Shown here piece after piece: positions 9,299 through 16,754 of a stretch of DNA of 41,322 nt; the stretch's first letter is position 1; the number at the start of each line of letters is the position of its first letter. A program made the position numbers and the translations under genes. Origin of the DNA: Gammaproteobacteria bacterium (GTDB lineage Bacteria; Pseudomonadota; Gammaproteobacteria; Pseudomonadales; CAMLJR01); contig JBJHBY010000003.1 in the NCBI GenBank assembly GCA_050485745.1, positions 1 through 41,322 of the forward strand. Direction: 5' to 3'. The notes beneath the pieces are model-generated. The model had not been told where the DNA came from, made no database searches, and saw only the letters and a program-made list of their open reading frames with translations.

Positions 9299-10048
9299 AT
9301 GCAGGACCGGCTCATCGCAACCCTCGCCGTGGGCGACGAGGCCAACAGTATCGCGCGCTACTCCCTGCCCCTGATCGAGGCCTATGCCCGGCGCTGCGGG
9401 GCGGATCTTCTGCAGTTGCAGGCCTCTTCCCTCAGTGGCGACTTCAATATCTTTTATGAAAAGTTCCAGCTCGGGCCGCTTCTGGAGCGCTATCGCCGAA
9501 TCCTGTACGTGGATGTGGATATCCTGATTCTGCCGGATAGCCCCGATGTGTTTGCTCTGGCTCCGGAGGACCATTTTGCCGCGGTGTCCGTGGACCCGGT
9601 GTTCAGGCGGGGTGAGCGCTCCCGCAGCATGACACAGCAGGTGCTGGGGCCAGTGGATTGGCGCTATCCCTATTTCAATGCCGGCTTGATGCTGGTCTCC
9701 CGCGGGCAGCAGGCCCTGTTCATGCCGGGCGAGGACATGATGCGGCACTGGCACGAGGGCGCGGCCGCCCTGGGGGAAGGCAGTTTTCATGACCAGGATC
9801 TGTTCAACTACCGGCTGAATGCACTGGGTCTGCCGTTTCACGACCTCGGGCGAGCTTTCAATTTTACCCGTGCCTGGGGCGATTTTCATCGTCGCTTCGG
9901 CCAGAACTTTATTCATTACGCCGGCCTGAAGGGCAAGCGGGATGCGCTGATGGCGCGTGATGCCCGGGTGCTGGCACGGTCCTGGCAGCGCCGGCTTTAC
10001 GCACGCTGTCCACAGCTCGTCTGGGTGCGTGATCGCCTCTGGCGCTGA
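9299..10048 (+). CDS. glycosyltransferase family 8-like protein
   Basis: DxD region RILYVDVDILILPD, YPYFNAGLMLV and HDQDLFNY, matching the GT8 motif order (DxD ... YFNsG ... DQDxLN). Confidence 0.7.
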   Translation: MQDRLIATLAVGDEANSIARYSLPLIEAYARRCGADLLQLQASSLSGDFNIFYEKFQLGPLLERYRRILYVDVDILILPDSPDVFALAPEDHFAAVSVDPVFRRGERSRSMTQQVLGPVDWRYPYFNAGLMLVSRGQQALFMPGEDMMRHWHEGAAALGEGSFHDQDLFNYRLNALGLPFHDLGRAFNFTRAWGDFHRRFGQNFIHYAGLKGKRDALMARDARVLARSWQRRLYARCPQLVWVRDRLWR

Positions 10049-10082
10049 GTGTCCCGGCATCCAGCTGCGCGTCAAGGGCGCT

Positions 10083-10114
10083 GGGTTACGCGCATTCGCG
10101 CTAACCCAGCCTAC
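10083..10114. repeat. REP-like palindromic element, copy A
   Basis: GGGTTACGCGCATTCGCGCTAACCCAGCCTAC. It contains its own stem (GGGTTA/TAACCC plus GCGC/GCGC). It is the exact reverse complement of 10178..10209. Confidence 0.8.
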
Positions 10115-10177
10115 GTCAGGTTTTTCCCTCGACCCTGGCTGCGCTCGGTGTCGTAGTGAGCGAGCATGATGTGGCAG

Positions 10178-10209
10178 GTAGGCTGGGTTAGCGCGAATGC
10201 GCGTAACCC
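10178..10209. repeat. REP-like palindromic element, copy B (inverted)
   Basis: GTAGGCTGGGTTAGCGCGAATGCGCGTAACCC is the exact reverse complement of copy A, 63 bp away. It lies in the spacer between the convergent GT8 and GT4 genes. Confidence 0.8.
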
Positions 10210-10233
10210 GGCGTCCTCCCCGCCGGCAGCCAC

Positions 10234-11397
10234 TTATGAGGTGCCTTCCAGAATACTGCGGTACAGAGCCAGGGTGCGCTCGGCATTGCCGCGGGCGCTG
10301 AAGCGCTCCGCTACCCGTGCCTGGCCGCGGGCGATGATTCCAGCCTGGTCCGGGTGCTGCAGCAGGTCGCGTACAGCTCCAGCGTAGTCATCGGCGCTGT
10401 GCCCGCTGACCAGCAGGCCGCCGCAGTTGCCCTCCAGCACTTCCACCATGCCGCCCACGCGATGGGCGATGACCGGCGTGCCGAGCACGATGCTTTCCAG
10501 CAGGGTCATCGGCAGGCCCTCATGGTCGGAGCACATGACCAGCAGGTCCAGACTGGCGATGCAGCGGCCGATGTCCTGGCGATGGCCGTGGAAGGTCACC
10601 GCCTGAGTCAGGCCCAGGCGGGCCGATGCGGCTTCCAGGCTGGCGCGCAGTTGCCCGTCCCCGAACACATGAAAGTGCAGGCCGCGCTGCTGCACGGGTG
10701 GCTGTTCCAGCAACCGGGCCGCCATGCCCAGGAACAGGTCGACGCGCTTGACCGGGTCGAGACGACCGACCAGGCCGATGTGCACGGCCTCGGGCGCCGC
10801 CTCGCGAAAGCTGGCCCCTGCCCCGCGGTGCTGCAGGGCGGCGATATCGACGCCGTTTTCGATCACGGCGATATGCCCGCTGGGGAATACCGTGGCCAGC
10901 TGTTGGCCGAGGTCCCGGGATACGGCGATCACCCGCTGTTGCAGGTGGGCCCCGCAGTAGCGATCGAGGGCATGAATCAGCTGCTTGTGGGGCTTTCCCC
11001 ATCCGGGCCGATGTTCCGGAGCACCGTGGCTGGTACGCACGCCGGGTACGCCCAGTCCGAGGCTGGCGAGGCTGCCCAGGACGTTTTCCTTGAGCCGGTG
11101 CGTATGCAGGATGTCTGGCCGGTGCTGGCGCAACAGGCTGCGCAGGCCGCGCAGGATAGCCACCGCGCCAAGGCGGGATTCGTCGAGGATGTCGACCGGG
11201 ATACCGGCTTCGCGCAGACGTGCGGCGGTATCCGCGTCGTTCATCAGCACCGCGCGTGGCCGGGCGCCTGGCAGGTCGCGCAGGTGACTCAGCAGCGTGC
11301 ATAGCTGTGCCTCGGCGCCACCCCAGCGGTCCCCTGAGGCAATGTGCAGGACCTGCAGGTCACGCTCTGTGGTGGATCGCGGTACCGGGTGCGACAA
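10234..11397 (-). CDS. glycosyltransferase family 4 (GT-B, Glycos_transf_1 type)
   Basis: N-terminal LQVLHIASGDRWGGAEAQL and C-terminal EGLPMTLLESIVLGTPVIAHRVGGMVEVL (E-x7-E region). The only canonical start ahead of the conserved N-terminus is TTG 11397. Confidence 0.85.
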   Translation of the reverse strand: MSHPVPRSTTERDLQVLHIASGDRWGGAEAQLCTLLSHLRDLPGARPRAVLMNDADTAARLREAGIPVDILDESRLGAVAILRGLRSLLRQHRPDILHTHRLKENVLGSLASLGLGVPGVRTSHGAPEHRPGWGKPHKQLIHALDRYCGAHLQQRVIAVSRDLGQQLATVFPSGHIAVIENGVDIAALQHRGAGASFREAAPEAVHIGLVGRLDPVKRVDLFLGMAARLLEQPPVQQRGLHFHVFGDGQLRASLEAASARLGLTQAVTFHGHRQDIGRCIASLDLLVMCSDHEGLPMTLLESIVLGTPVIAHRVGGMVEVLEGNCGGLLVSGHSADDYAGAVRDLLQHPDQAGIIARGQARVAERFSARGNAERTLALYRSILEGTS

Positions 11398-11448
11398 GGT
11401 GCCAGGCTCCGACTAGAATGGAGTGCATTGTTTGTATCAAGCCGCCTG

Positions 11449-12627
11449 ATGCCTCGGGCACACCGACGGATTTTGTCTGGAGTCATTGTAGTGGAGTTCT
11501 GGTTCTGGTTGTTTCTGTTCCTGGCGGGCTATAGCTATTTCCTGTATCCACTGCTGTTGTTGCTGCTCGCCACGCGCCGGCCGGAGTCGGCCCCGGTGGC
11601 GCCACAGGACGCGTTGCCATCGGTCAGCCTGATTGTCACGGCCTATAACGAGCAGGCGCGTATCCGGGAGAAGATCGACAACAGTCTCGGCATCGACTAC
11701 CCGTGTGAACAACTGGAGATCATCGTCGCCTCGGACTGCTCCGACGATGCCACCGACGACATCGTGCGCGAGTATGCCGGGCAGGGGGTGCGTCTGGTGC
11801 GGGCAGGCGAGCGCCTCGGCAAGGAAAATGCCCAGTGGTGTGCCATTGGCGAGGCTCGGGGGGATATCCTGGTGTTCTCGGATGTCGCCACGCGGATACC
11901 CGCGGATGCGATCCAGCGGTTGGTGCAGCGCTTCGCTGACCCCTCTGTCGGTGCTGTGTCGAGCGAGGACCGTTTCATCAGCCAGGATGGCGGTGTGGTG
12001 GGTGAGGGGGCCTACGTCCGTTATGAGATGTGGCTGCGCCGTATGGAGTCCCGCCTGGCCGGGGTGGTGGGGCTGTCCGGCTCCTTCTTCGCCGCGCGCA
12101 AATCGGTCTGTGCCCAGTGGGATATTCATTCTCCCAGCGACTTCAATACGGCGCTGAACTGCGCGCGCCTGGGGGTCAGGGCGGTCACCGCCCCGGATGT
12201 GCTCGGCTTCTATCGGGATCTCAGCGACGCCAGCAAGGAGTACCAGCGCAAACTGCGCACCGTGCTGCGCGGCATTACCGCCGTGGCGCGGCATCCGGAT
12301 GTGCTGAACCCCTTTCGCTTTGGCCTGTTTGCCTTTCAGGTCTGGAGCCACAAGATCCTGCGCTGGGCGGTGCCCTGGTTCCTGCTGGGGCTGTTTGTCA
12401 GCAACCTGGTGATTATCGGCTCCGGCTGGCTTTATGTGGTCGCCCTTCTGGGGCAGCTGGCCTTCTACGGGCTGGCCCTGGCGGCCCATCTGAACCCTGG
12501 CCTCCGTGAGCAGGGGCTGGTACGCATCGTGTATTTTTTTGTGCAGGTGAACGTGGCCATTGCCCAGGCGACGCTGCGCTTTCTGCGCGGCACGCGCATG
12601 ACCACCTGGCAGCCCTCCAGCCGGTGA
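11449..12627 (+). CDS. glycosyltransferase family 2, membrane-anchored (processive-type architecture)
   Basis: N-terminal TM helix, then SVSLIVTAYNEQARIREKI, IIVASDCSDDATDDIV and LVFSDVATR (DxD-like). C-terminal TM helices follow (FAFQVWSHKILRWAVPWFLLGLFV...). ATG 11449 is preferred because the GTG 11344 alternative would overlap the divergent GT4 gene. Confidence 0.85.
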   Translation: MPRAHRRILSGVIVVEFWFWLFLFLAGYSYFLYPLLLLLLATRRPESAPVAPQDALPSVSLIVTAYNEQARIREKIDNSLGIDYPCEQLEIIVASDCSDDATDDIVREYAGQGVRLVRAGERLGKENAQWCAIGEARGDILVFSDVATRIPADAIQRLVQRFADPSVGAVSSEDRFISQDGGVVGEGAYVRYEMWLRRMESRLAGVVGLSGSFFAARKSVCAQWDIHSPSDFNTALNCARLGVRAVTAPDVLGFYRDLSDASKEYQRKLRTVLRGITAVARHPDVLNPFRFGLFAFQVWSHKILRWAVPWFLLGLFVSNLVIIGSGWLYVVALLGQLAFYGLALAAHLNPGLREQGLVRIVYFFVQVNVAIAQATLRFLRGTRMTTWQPSSR

Positions 12628-12709
12628 ACCCGATGGCGCCCTTGTCATTATCGTCAGTGCCAGTGCCAGTGCCACCAATAATAGTGCCAGTGACTCAGGG
12701 AATGCGTGA

Positions 12710-13891
12710 ATGAGGGCCTGGCGCGACCTGCCCCCGGTCGGGCAGCGCGTCCGCTCGGCGGCTCCGGGCGACGGGATGCCGGATTTTCCCGGGTGGCGAG
12801 CACTCTATCTGCAGTCCGGCACGGCCGCCCTGGCCCTGGCTCTGCGATTGGCGGCGGCCCGGCGTCCCGAGGTGAGCCGGCCCCGGGTCATTCTGCCGGG
12901 ATACGGTTGCCCGGACCTGTTGGCGGCTGCCCTGCACGCGGGCCTTGAACCCCTGCTGGTGGACATCGGCGCGACAGATCCGGGTTATGACCTCGATGCA
13001 CTGGATGCCTGTCTGCGGAGCGAATCGGCAGGTGATGACGGAAACTCCAGCATTGTGGCTGTGGTCGCTGTCAATTTTATGGGTATCCGTGAGCGCCTCG
13101 CCGAGTTGCGCATGCGTGCCAGCCAACTGGACGCCTGGCTGGTGGAGGACAACGCCCAGTGGTTCCCCGAGGGTGGCGAAGGCGGTGAGGGGGATGCCAT
13201 GGTGCTCAGCTTCGGCCGCGGCAAACCGGTCAATCTACTCGGTGGTGGCGCCCTGTTGCTGAACAGTGTGTCGGCGGGTGGGTCTGACGAGGATGCCAGG
13301 GCGTCGCTGCAGCCGGCAAAACGGGATCCGCTGTTCCCGCTTCGGCGCAGGCTGCTGAACAGCCTGCTGCACCCCCGGCTGTACCCCTTGCTGAGTCGCA
13401 ACCCCTTGCTCTCGATTGGCGAGACGCGCTTCAAGTCGTTGTCCGCCCTGGTGGAGATGGGGCCGCAGCGTCAGGCGAGCCTGGGCAGCAACGCCCGGGC
13501 CTGGCTGGCCCAGCCGCGCTGGCGGGAGCAGGCGCTGTCCCGGGGGATGGAGCCCCTGGCACCGGAGCTCCTGGATCTGCCCCGGCTGAGTGCTGCCAGG
13601 GCCGGGCGTCTGCTGCGTTACCCGCTACTGTGTCGAAATCGCGCCCATCGTGATGAGCTGCTGCAGGCGCTGTGCCAGCAGGGGCTGGGAGCGACCGCGA
13701 TGTACCGCCAGCCACTCCCGGAGGTGGCGGGCGTGGCGGCAGCCTGGCCTGCCAGTGTTGCTGCCCGCGAGCGACTTCCCGGAGCCGCAGAACTGGCCTC
13801 GCGCCTGCTGACACTGCCGTTGCATGCGGGCGTGCGCGAGCGGGACATCGAGCGGATGCTGGCTGTACTCAAGGCAGGGAACAGGGGCTGA
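12710..13891 (+). CDS. DegT/DnrJ/EryC1/StrS-like PLP-dependent enzyme (sugar aminotransferase family)
   Basis: The motif order fits the family: LQSGTAALALAL, ILPGYGCPDLLAAALHAGLEPLLVDIG, WLVEDNAQW, SFGRGKPVNLLGGGALL (candidate PLP lysine) and C-terminal LLTLPLH. The sequence is divergent, so the function is uncertain. Confidence 0.6.
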   Translation: MRAWRDLPPVGQRVRSAAPGDGMPDFPGWRALYLQSGTAALALALRLAAARRPEVSRPRVILPGYGCPDLLAAALHAGLEPLLVDIGATDPGYDLDALDACLRSESAGDDGNSSIVAVVAVNFMGIRERLAELRMRASQLDAWLVEDNAQWFPEGGEGGEGDAMVLSFGRGKPVNLLGGGALLLNSVSAGGSDEDARASLQPAKRDPLFPLRRRLLNSLLHPRLYPLLSRNPLLSIGETRFKSLSALVEMGPQRQASLGSNARAWLAQPRWREQALSRGMEPLAPELLDLPRLSAARAGRLLRYPLLCRNRAHRDELLQALCQQGLGATAMYRQPLPEVAGVAAAWPASVAARERLPGAAELASRLLTLPLHAGVRERDIERMLAVLKAGNRG

Positions 13892-13902
13892 AAAACGAAA
13901 AA

Positions 13903-13929
13903 GCCCCGCCGAACAGGCTGTGTAAAAAC
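13903..13929. repeat. IS left terminal inverted repeat
   Basis: 23 of 27 positions match the reverse complement of 15496..15522. The mismatches are confined to the block CGAA versus TTCG. Confidence 0.75.
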
Positions 13930-13955
13930 CCTGGAAGCCTGAGACGCCAGAAGAG

Positions 13956-13991
13956 AAAATGCCCACAACGAGAGTTGTGGGCATTTTTGCT
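13956..13991 (+). terminator. hairpin plus T-run inside the IS left end, facing incoming transcription
   Basis: AAAATGCCCACAAC-GAGA-GTTGTGGGCATTTT is a perfect 14-bp stem that runs into TTTTTGCTT. It ends immediately before the transposase ATG (13993). Confidence 0.55.
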
Positions 13992-13992
13992 T

Positions 13993-15411
13993 ATGGCCTA
14001 TGTGCGTGGAGAGGATCGGGGTCAGAACGTGCTGTTCCCGGTGTCGCTGGATGAGCTGATTCCCGATGATCACGCCTGTCGAGTGATTGAGGCGTTTGTG
14101 GGCTGGCTGGACCTGTCGGCGCTGGGGTTTGCCAAGGCCTGTCCGAAGGCAACGGGCCGTCCGCCCTACGACCCTGCCGATTTGCTCAAGCTTTACTTGT
14201 ATGGCTATCTGAACCGGGTGCGCTCCTCGCGGCGACTGGAGCGTGAATGCCAGCGCAACGTTGAAGTCATGTGGCTACTGAACCGGCTGGCCCCGGATCA
14301 CAAGACGATTGCCGAGTTCCGGCGTCGTAACGGCCAGGCACTGCGACGATCGGGTGCTGCCTTTGTGGGCTTCTGTCGTGACGTGGGACTGGTTCAGGGG
14401 GATTGGGTTGCCATCGATGGTTCGAAGTTCCGGGCAGTGGCCAGCCGCAAGGCGGTACGGCGACGCGATCAGCTGCTGAAGCAGCAAGCGCATCTGGAGC
14501 GGAAGATGGCGGAGTATCTGGCGATGCTGGATGCGTCGGATGCCAGTGACGGGGAGACGGAGCTCGACCCCGAGGCGATCCGCGCGGCGCTGACGCTGTT
14601 GCGTCAGGAGCATGCTGCCGTGGAGGCTACACTGGGGGTCCTGGTGGCTGAGGGCAAGGCACAGCTGACACTCACCGAGCCCGAGGCACGCTCCATGAAG
14701 GGCCTCGGTCCGGCCTACAACGTGCAGACTGCCGTGGACACCGGGCATGGACTGATCATTACACACGAGGTGACGGACGAGGCGGCTGACAACCGCCAGC
14801 TGCAGCCCATGGCGGAAGCGGCTGGAGCGGTGCTGGCGCAGGAGACGCTGAACGTCGTGGCCGATGCCGGCTACTCCAATGGCGAGCAGGCTGCACGACT
14901 GGAGCAACAGGGCATTCTGGCCCACGTGCCGGCCAACCGCGCGGTGAACAACCAGGGAGACGGCACCCTGTTTGATCGCACGCGCTTCACTTACGACGCG
15001 GACAGTGACACCCTGAGCTGCCCGGCTGGCCACCGTCTTCAGCGCAAACAGATTCACAACAAGGACAGGACGGTCATCTATGCCGCCCGGGAGAGCGACT
15101 GTGGCGGCTGTCCGCTCAAGGCCCGATGCACGACGCGAGCGCGTCGTCTGGTCAGTCGCCACCAGCACGACGAAGCCCTGGAGCGCATGAACGCCCGGGC
15201 GACACCCCAGCTGATGCGACTGCGTCGCAGCACGGTGGAATACCCGTTCGGCGTCCTCAAGTACCAGGTGCTGGAGCAACCGCGCCTGCTGCTGCGGGGG
15301 CTTTGGGGTGCGGGGACAGAAATGGCACTGGCGGTTCTGGCCTACAACATGAAACGGGCCCTGGCGGTGCTCGGAACAGGCGAGATAACCCGCCGATTGG
15401 TGAATGCCTGA
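13993..15411 (+). CDS. IS1182-family (IS5-related, DDE) transposase
   Basis: The N-terminus MAYVRGEDRGQNVLFPVSLDELIPDDHACRVIEAFVGWLDL matches the InsH-type N-terminal domain pattern. The C-terminal part has AIDGSKF..., ADAGYSNGE and EYPFGVLK. The track ORF 13672..15411 extends upstream across the IS boundary only because no stop intervenes. Confidence 0.85.
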   Translation: MAYVRGEDRGQNVLFPVSLDELIPDDHACRVIEAFVGWLDLSALGFAKACPKATGRPPYDPADLLKLYLYGYLNRVRSSRRLERECQRNVEVMWLLNRLAPDHKTIAEFRRRNGQALRRSGAAFVGFCRDVGLVQGDWVAIDGSKFRAVASRKAVRRRDQLLKQQAHLERKMAEYLAMLDASDASDGETELDPEAIRAALTLLRQEHAAVEATLGVLVAEGKAQLTLTEPEARSMKGLGPAYNVQTAVDTGHGLIITHEVTDEAADNRQLQPMAEAAGAVLAQETLNVVADAGYSNGEQAARLEQQGILAHVPANRAVNNQGDGTLFDRTRFTYDADSDTLSCPAGHRLQRKQIHNKDRTVIYAARESDCGGCPLKARCTTRARRLVSRHQHDEALERMNARATPQLMRLRRSTVEYPFGVLKYQVLEQPRLLLRGLWGAGTEMALAVLAYNMKRALAVLGTGEITRRLVNA

Positions 15412-15443
15412 TCGGCTCAGGTCGAATTCATCCCGGCAGCCGC

Positions 15444-15478
15444 AAAAAACGACAACGCCCCGCAAGCGGGGCGTTGTC
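15444..15478 (-). terminator. hairpin plus T-run (minus strand) inside the IS right end
   Basis: GACAACGCCCCGC-AA-GCGGGGCGTTGTC has perfect 13-nt arms. On the minus strand it is followed by GTTTTTTG. It is placed to stop transcription entering from the PEP-CTERM gene, and it also lies just 3' of the transposase stop. Confidence 0.5.
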
Positions 15479-15495
15479 TGAGAGGGCCCCCGGCT

Positions 15496-15522
15496 GTTTT
15501 TACACAGCCTGCGAAGCGGGGC
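15496..15522. repeat. IS right terminal inverted repeat
   Basis: See the left inverted repeat. It ends 21 nt from the stop of the PEP-CTERM protein gene. Confidence 0.75.
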
Positions 15523-15543
15523 TCTGAAAGGCCGTTGCCGGAA

Positions 15544-16242
15544 TCAGGCAGCGCGGCGGCGACGCGCCAGGCCGAGACCCAGCAGGCCGGCACCCAGCAG
15601 GCCCAGGGTGGTGGGCTCCGGTACCGCGGCGATCGAACCGATGGCGAAGTCGGACTGGTTGGTGTTGGCGCCACCCAGCTCGGAGTTCGGGCCGGGAATG
15701 GGCGTGAAGCTCAGGTCGGTGATGCGGCCATCGAAGGGATTGTCGATGCGGAAGCAGCCGGACTGACCGGTGACCGTACCGCCACAGTTGCTCAGCGTGC
15801 CTGCACCGGTCCAGGTGGCCACGTTGTCGGTGGTCGGGCTCAGCGACAGGGTGTAGCTGTGCACGATGCCATCCAGATCGGTGAAGCTGATCTGGGCGAT
15901 CTCGGCGACGTCATCCCACTCCGGGCCGTTGTACAGGAACAACAGTTCGATGTGGTCAACGGAGACGCCATTCTGGTTGCTGAAGGTGATGTTGACATAC
16001 TGGTCGAGATCGATCTCGCCATTGGTGTCTTCATTGGTACCCAGGCCAGTGCGACCAGCGTAGGTCTTCTGGGCGAAGAGCAGGTTGCTGGGGTCGGTGC
16101 TCAGCGTAGCGCTGCCGATGTTACAGGTATTGGAGCCGAGGCAGCCACCCCAGGTGCTGGGGTTGATCTCGGTAACGCTTGCCAGAGCGGAGCCGCTGCC
16201 GACCAGCGCGACTGCCGCTACCAGTGTTTTGATGTGTTTCAT
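15544..16242 (-). CDS. PEP-CTERM sorting-domain protein (secreted exosortase substrate)
   Basis: N-terminal signal peptide MKHIKTLVAAVALVGSGSALA. The C-terminus has the canonical tripartite signal VPEP-TTLGLLGAGLLGLGLA-RRRRAA (PEP motif, TM helix, Arg cluster). Confidence 0.9.
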   Translation of the reverse strand: MKHIKTLVAAVALVGSGSALASVTEINPSTWGGCLGSNTCNIGSATLSTDPSNLLFAQKTYAGRTGLGTNEDTNGEIDLDQYVNITFSNQNGVSVDHIELLFLYNGPEWDDVAEIAQISFTDLDGIVHSYTLSLSPTTDNVATWTGAGTLSNCGGTVTGQSGCFRIDNPFDGRITDLSFTPIPGPNSELGGANTNQSDFAIGSIAAVPEPTTLGLLGAGLLGLGLARRRRAA

Positions 16243-16333
16243 GTGTGTGCCCTCGTTGGTCCTTCTCAGGGGTGTTCATTCAGGAAGCTCGAGAGGTCTT
16301 GCCGGGCACTCGAGCGACTCTGAGATTGTATAG

Positions 16334-16349
16334 AGCAGGTTCCGTGCCA
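16334..16349 (-). promoter_or_regulatory. sigma-54 (-24/-12) promoter for the PEP-CTERM protein gene
   Basis: The minus strand reads TGGCACGGAACCTGCT against the consensus TGGCACG-N4-TTGCW, with GG/GC spacing correct and one mismatch. It lies about 90 nt upstream of ATG 16242. A sigma-54 activator (prsR) is encoded 3 kb away. Confidence 0.6.
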
Positions 16350-16396
16350 TCTTTTTTTTCTCTTTTGAATCATGCGGTTATGGATCTCTGTGCCGC

Positions 16397-16428
16397 GTGC
16401 AAAAGAATATGTGCAAAGAATGTCGACA
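16397..16428. promoter_or_regulatory. tandem direct repeat plus palindrome upstream of the sigma-54 promoter (candidate activator or IHF region)
   Basis: GTGCAAAAGAAT (16397..16408) and GTGCAAAGAAT (16411..16421) are followed by the palindrome TGTCGACA. A T-rich tract and AATCATGCGGTTA (IHF-like) lie between this region and the promoter. No consensus was available to me for comparison. Confidence 0.25.
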
Positions 16429-16754
16429 CCCTCTCCCTCGGGTGCCACGGGTCCCCGGGGCATCGGGAACGGCATCGCAGGGCCCCTCGATGGGAGCATG
16501 GCCGGGCCCGTGCCTGGCCGCCGGTGCATCAGCACGGAGAATGGGCTGTTTTGCCGGGTTTATGGCGCCCCGCGGTCATCGGGTTGGTGGCTTTTCCGGC
16601 GCTCGTCCGCGGTGGTGGCGCCTGCCCGGGCAGGTGGTGTCATTCCGCGGGGTGACAAGTTTGTCGACGATTCCCCGGGTGAACACGTGCCGGGGCCGCG
16701 AGGGGTTTCCGGCGGTGCCAGGCCGGGGCCGCTGAGCCCCGGCCCGCGCCCGGG

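Larger units (their letters stand above)
13903..15522 (+). mobile_element. IS1182-family insertion sequence (about 1.6 kb), apparently intact
   Basis: Imperfect terminal inverted repeats flank one 472-aa transposase ORF: 13903..13929 GCCCCGCCGAACAGGCTGTGTAAAAAC, and 15496..15522 whose reverse complement is GCCCCGCTTCGCAGGCTGTGTAAAAAC. The element sits in the spacer between two convergent genes. The exact tips and target duplication are unresolved (CTGAAA occurs at 13888..13893 and 15524..15529). Confidence 0.8.

Noticed and set aside
9098-10075. 325-aa minus-strand ORF
   Set aside because: It is antisense to the GT8-like gene, which carries the DxD, YFNAG and DQD motifs. No motifs were seen in the antisense frame.
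11391-11405. Sigma-54-like TGGCACCTTGTCGCA on the minus strand
   Set aside because: The GG-to-GC spacing is one base short of the consensus. The motif also overlaps the TTG start codon of the GT4 gene it would have to drive.
12655-12690. TGGCAC repeats (minus strand) that look like sigma-54 -24 boxes, including TGGCACTATTATTGGT
   Set aside because: The -12 element is TTGG rather than TTGC, and the orientation points antisense into the GT2 gene with nothing to transcribe. They are a by-product of the CAGTGC hexamer repeat.
13672-13992. N-terminal 107-aa extension of the transposase ORF, overlapping the DegT-like gene
   Set aside because: The extension crosses the IS terminal inverted repeat and the end of the DegT-like CDS. 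The conserved transposase N-terminus starts at ATG 13993, so the extension exists only because no stop intervenes.
16266-16535. 89-aa minus-strand ORF in the PEP-CTERM gene leader
   Set aside because: It overlaps the sigma-54 promoter and T-rich tract, has an implausible composition and has no RBS. The region is treated as non-coding.
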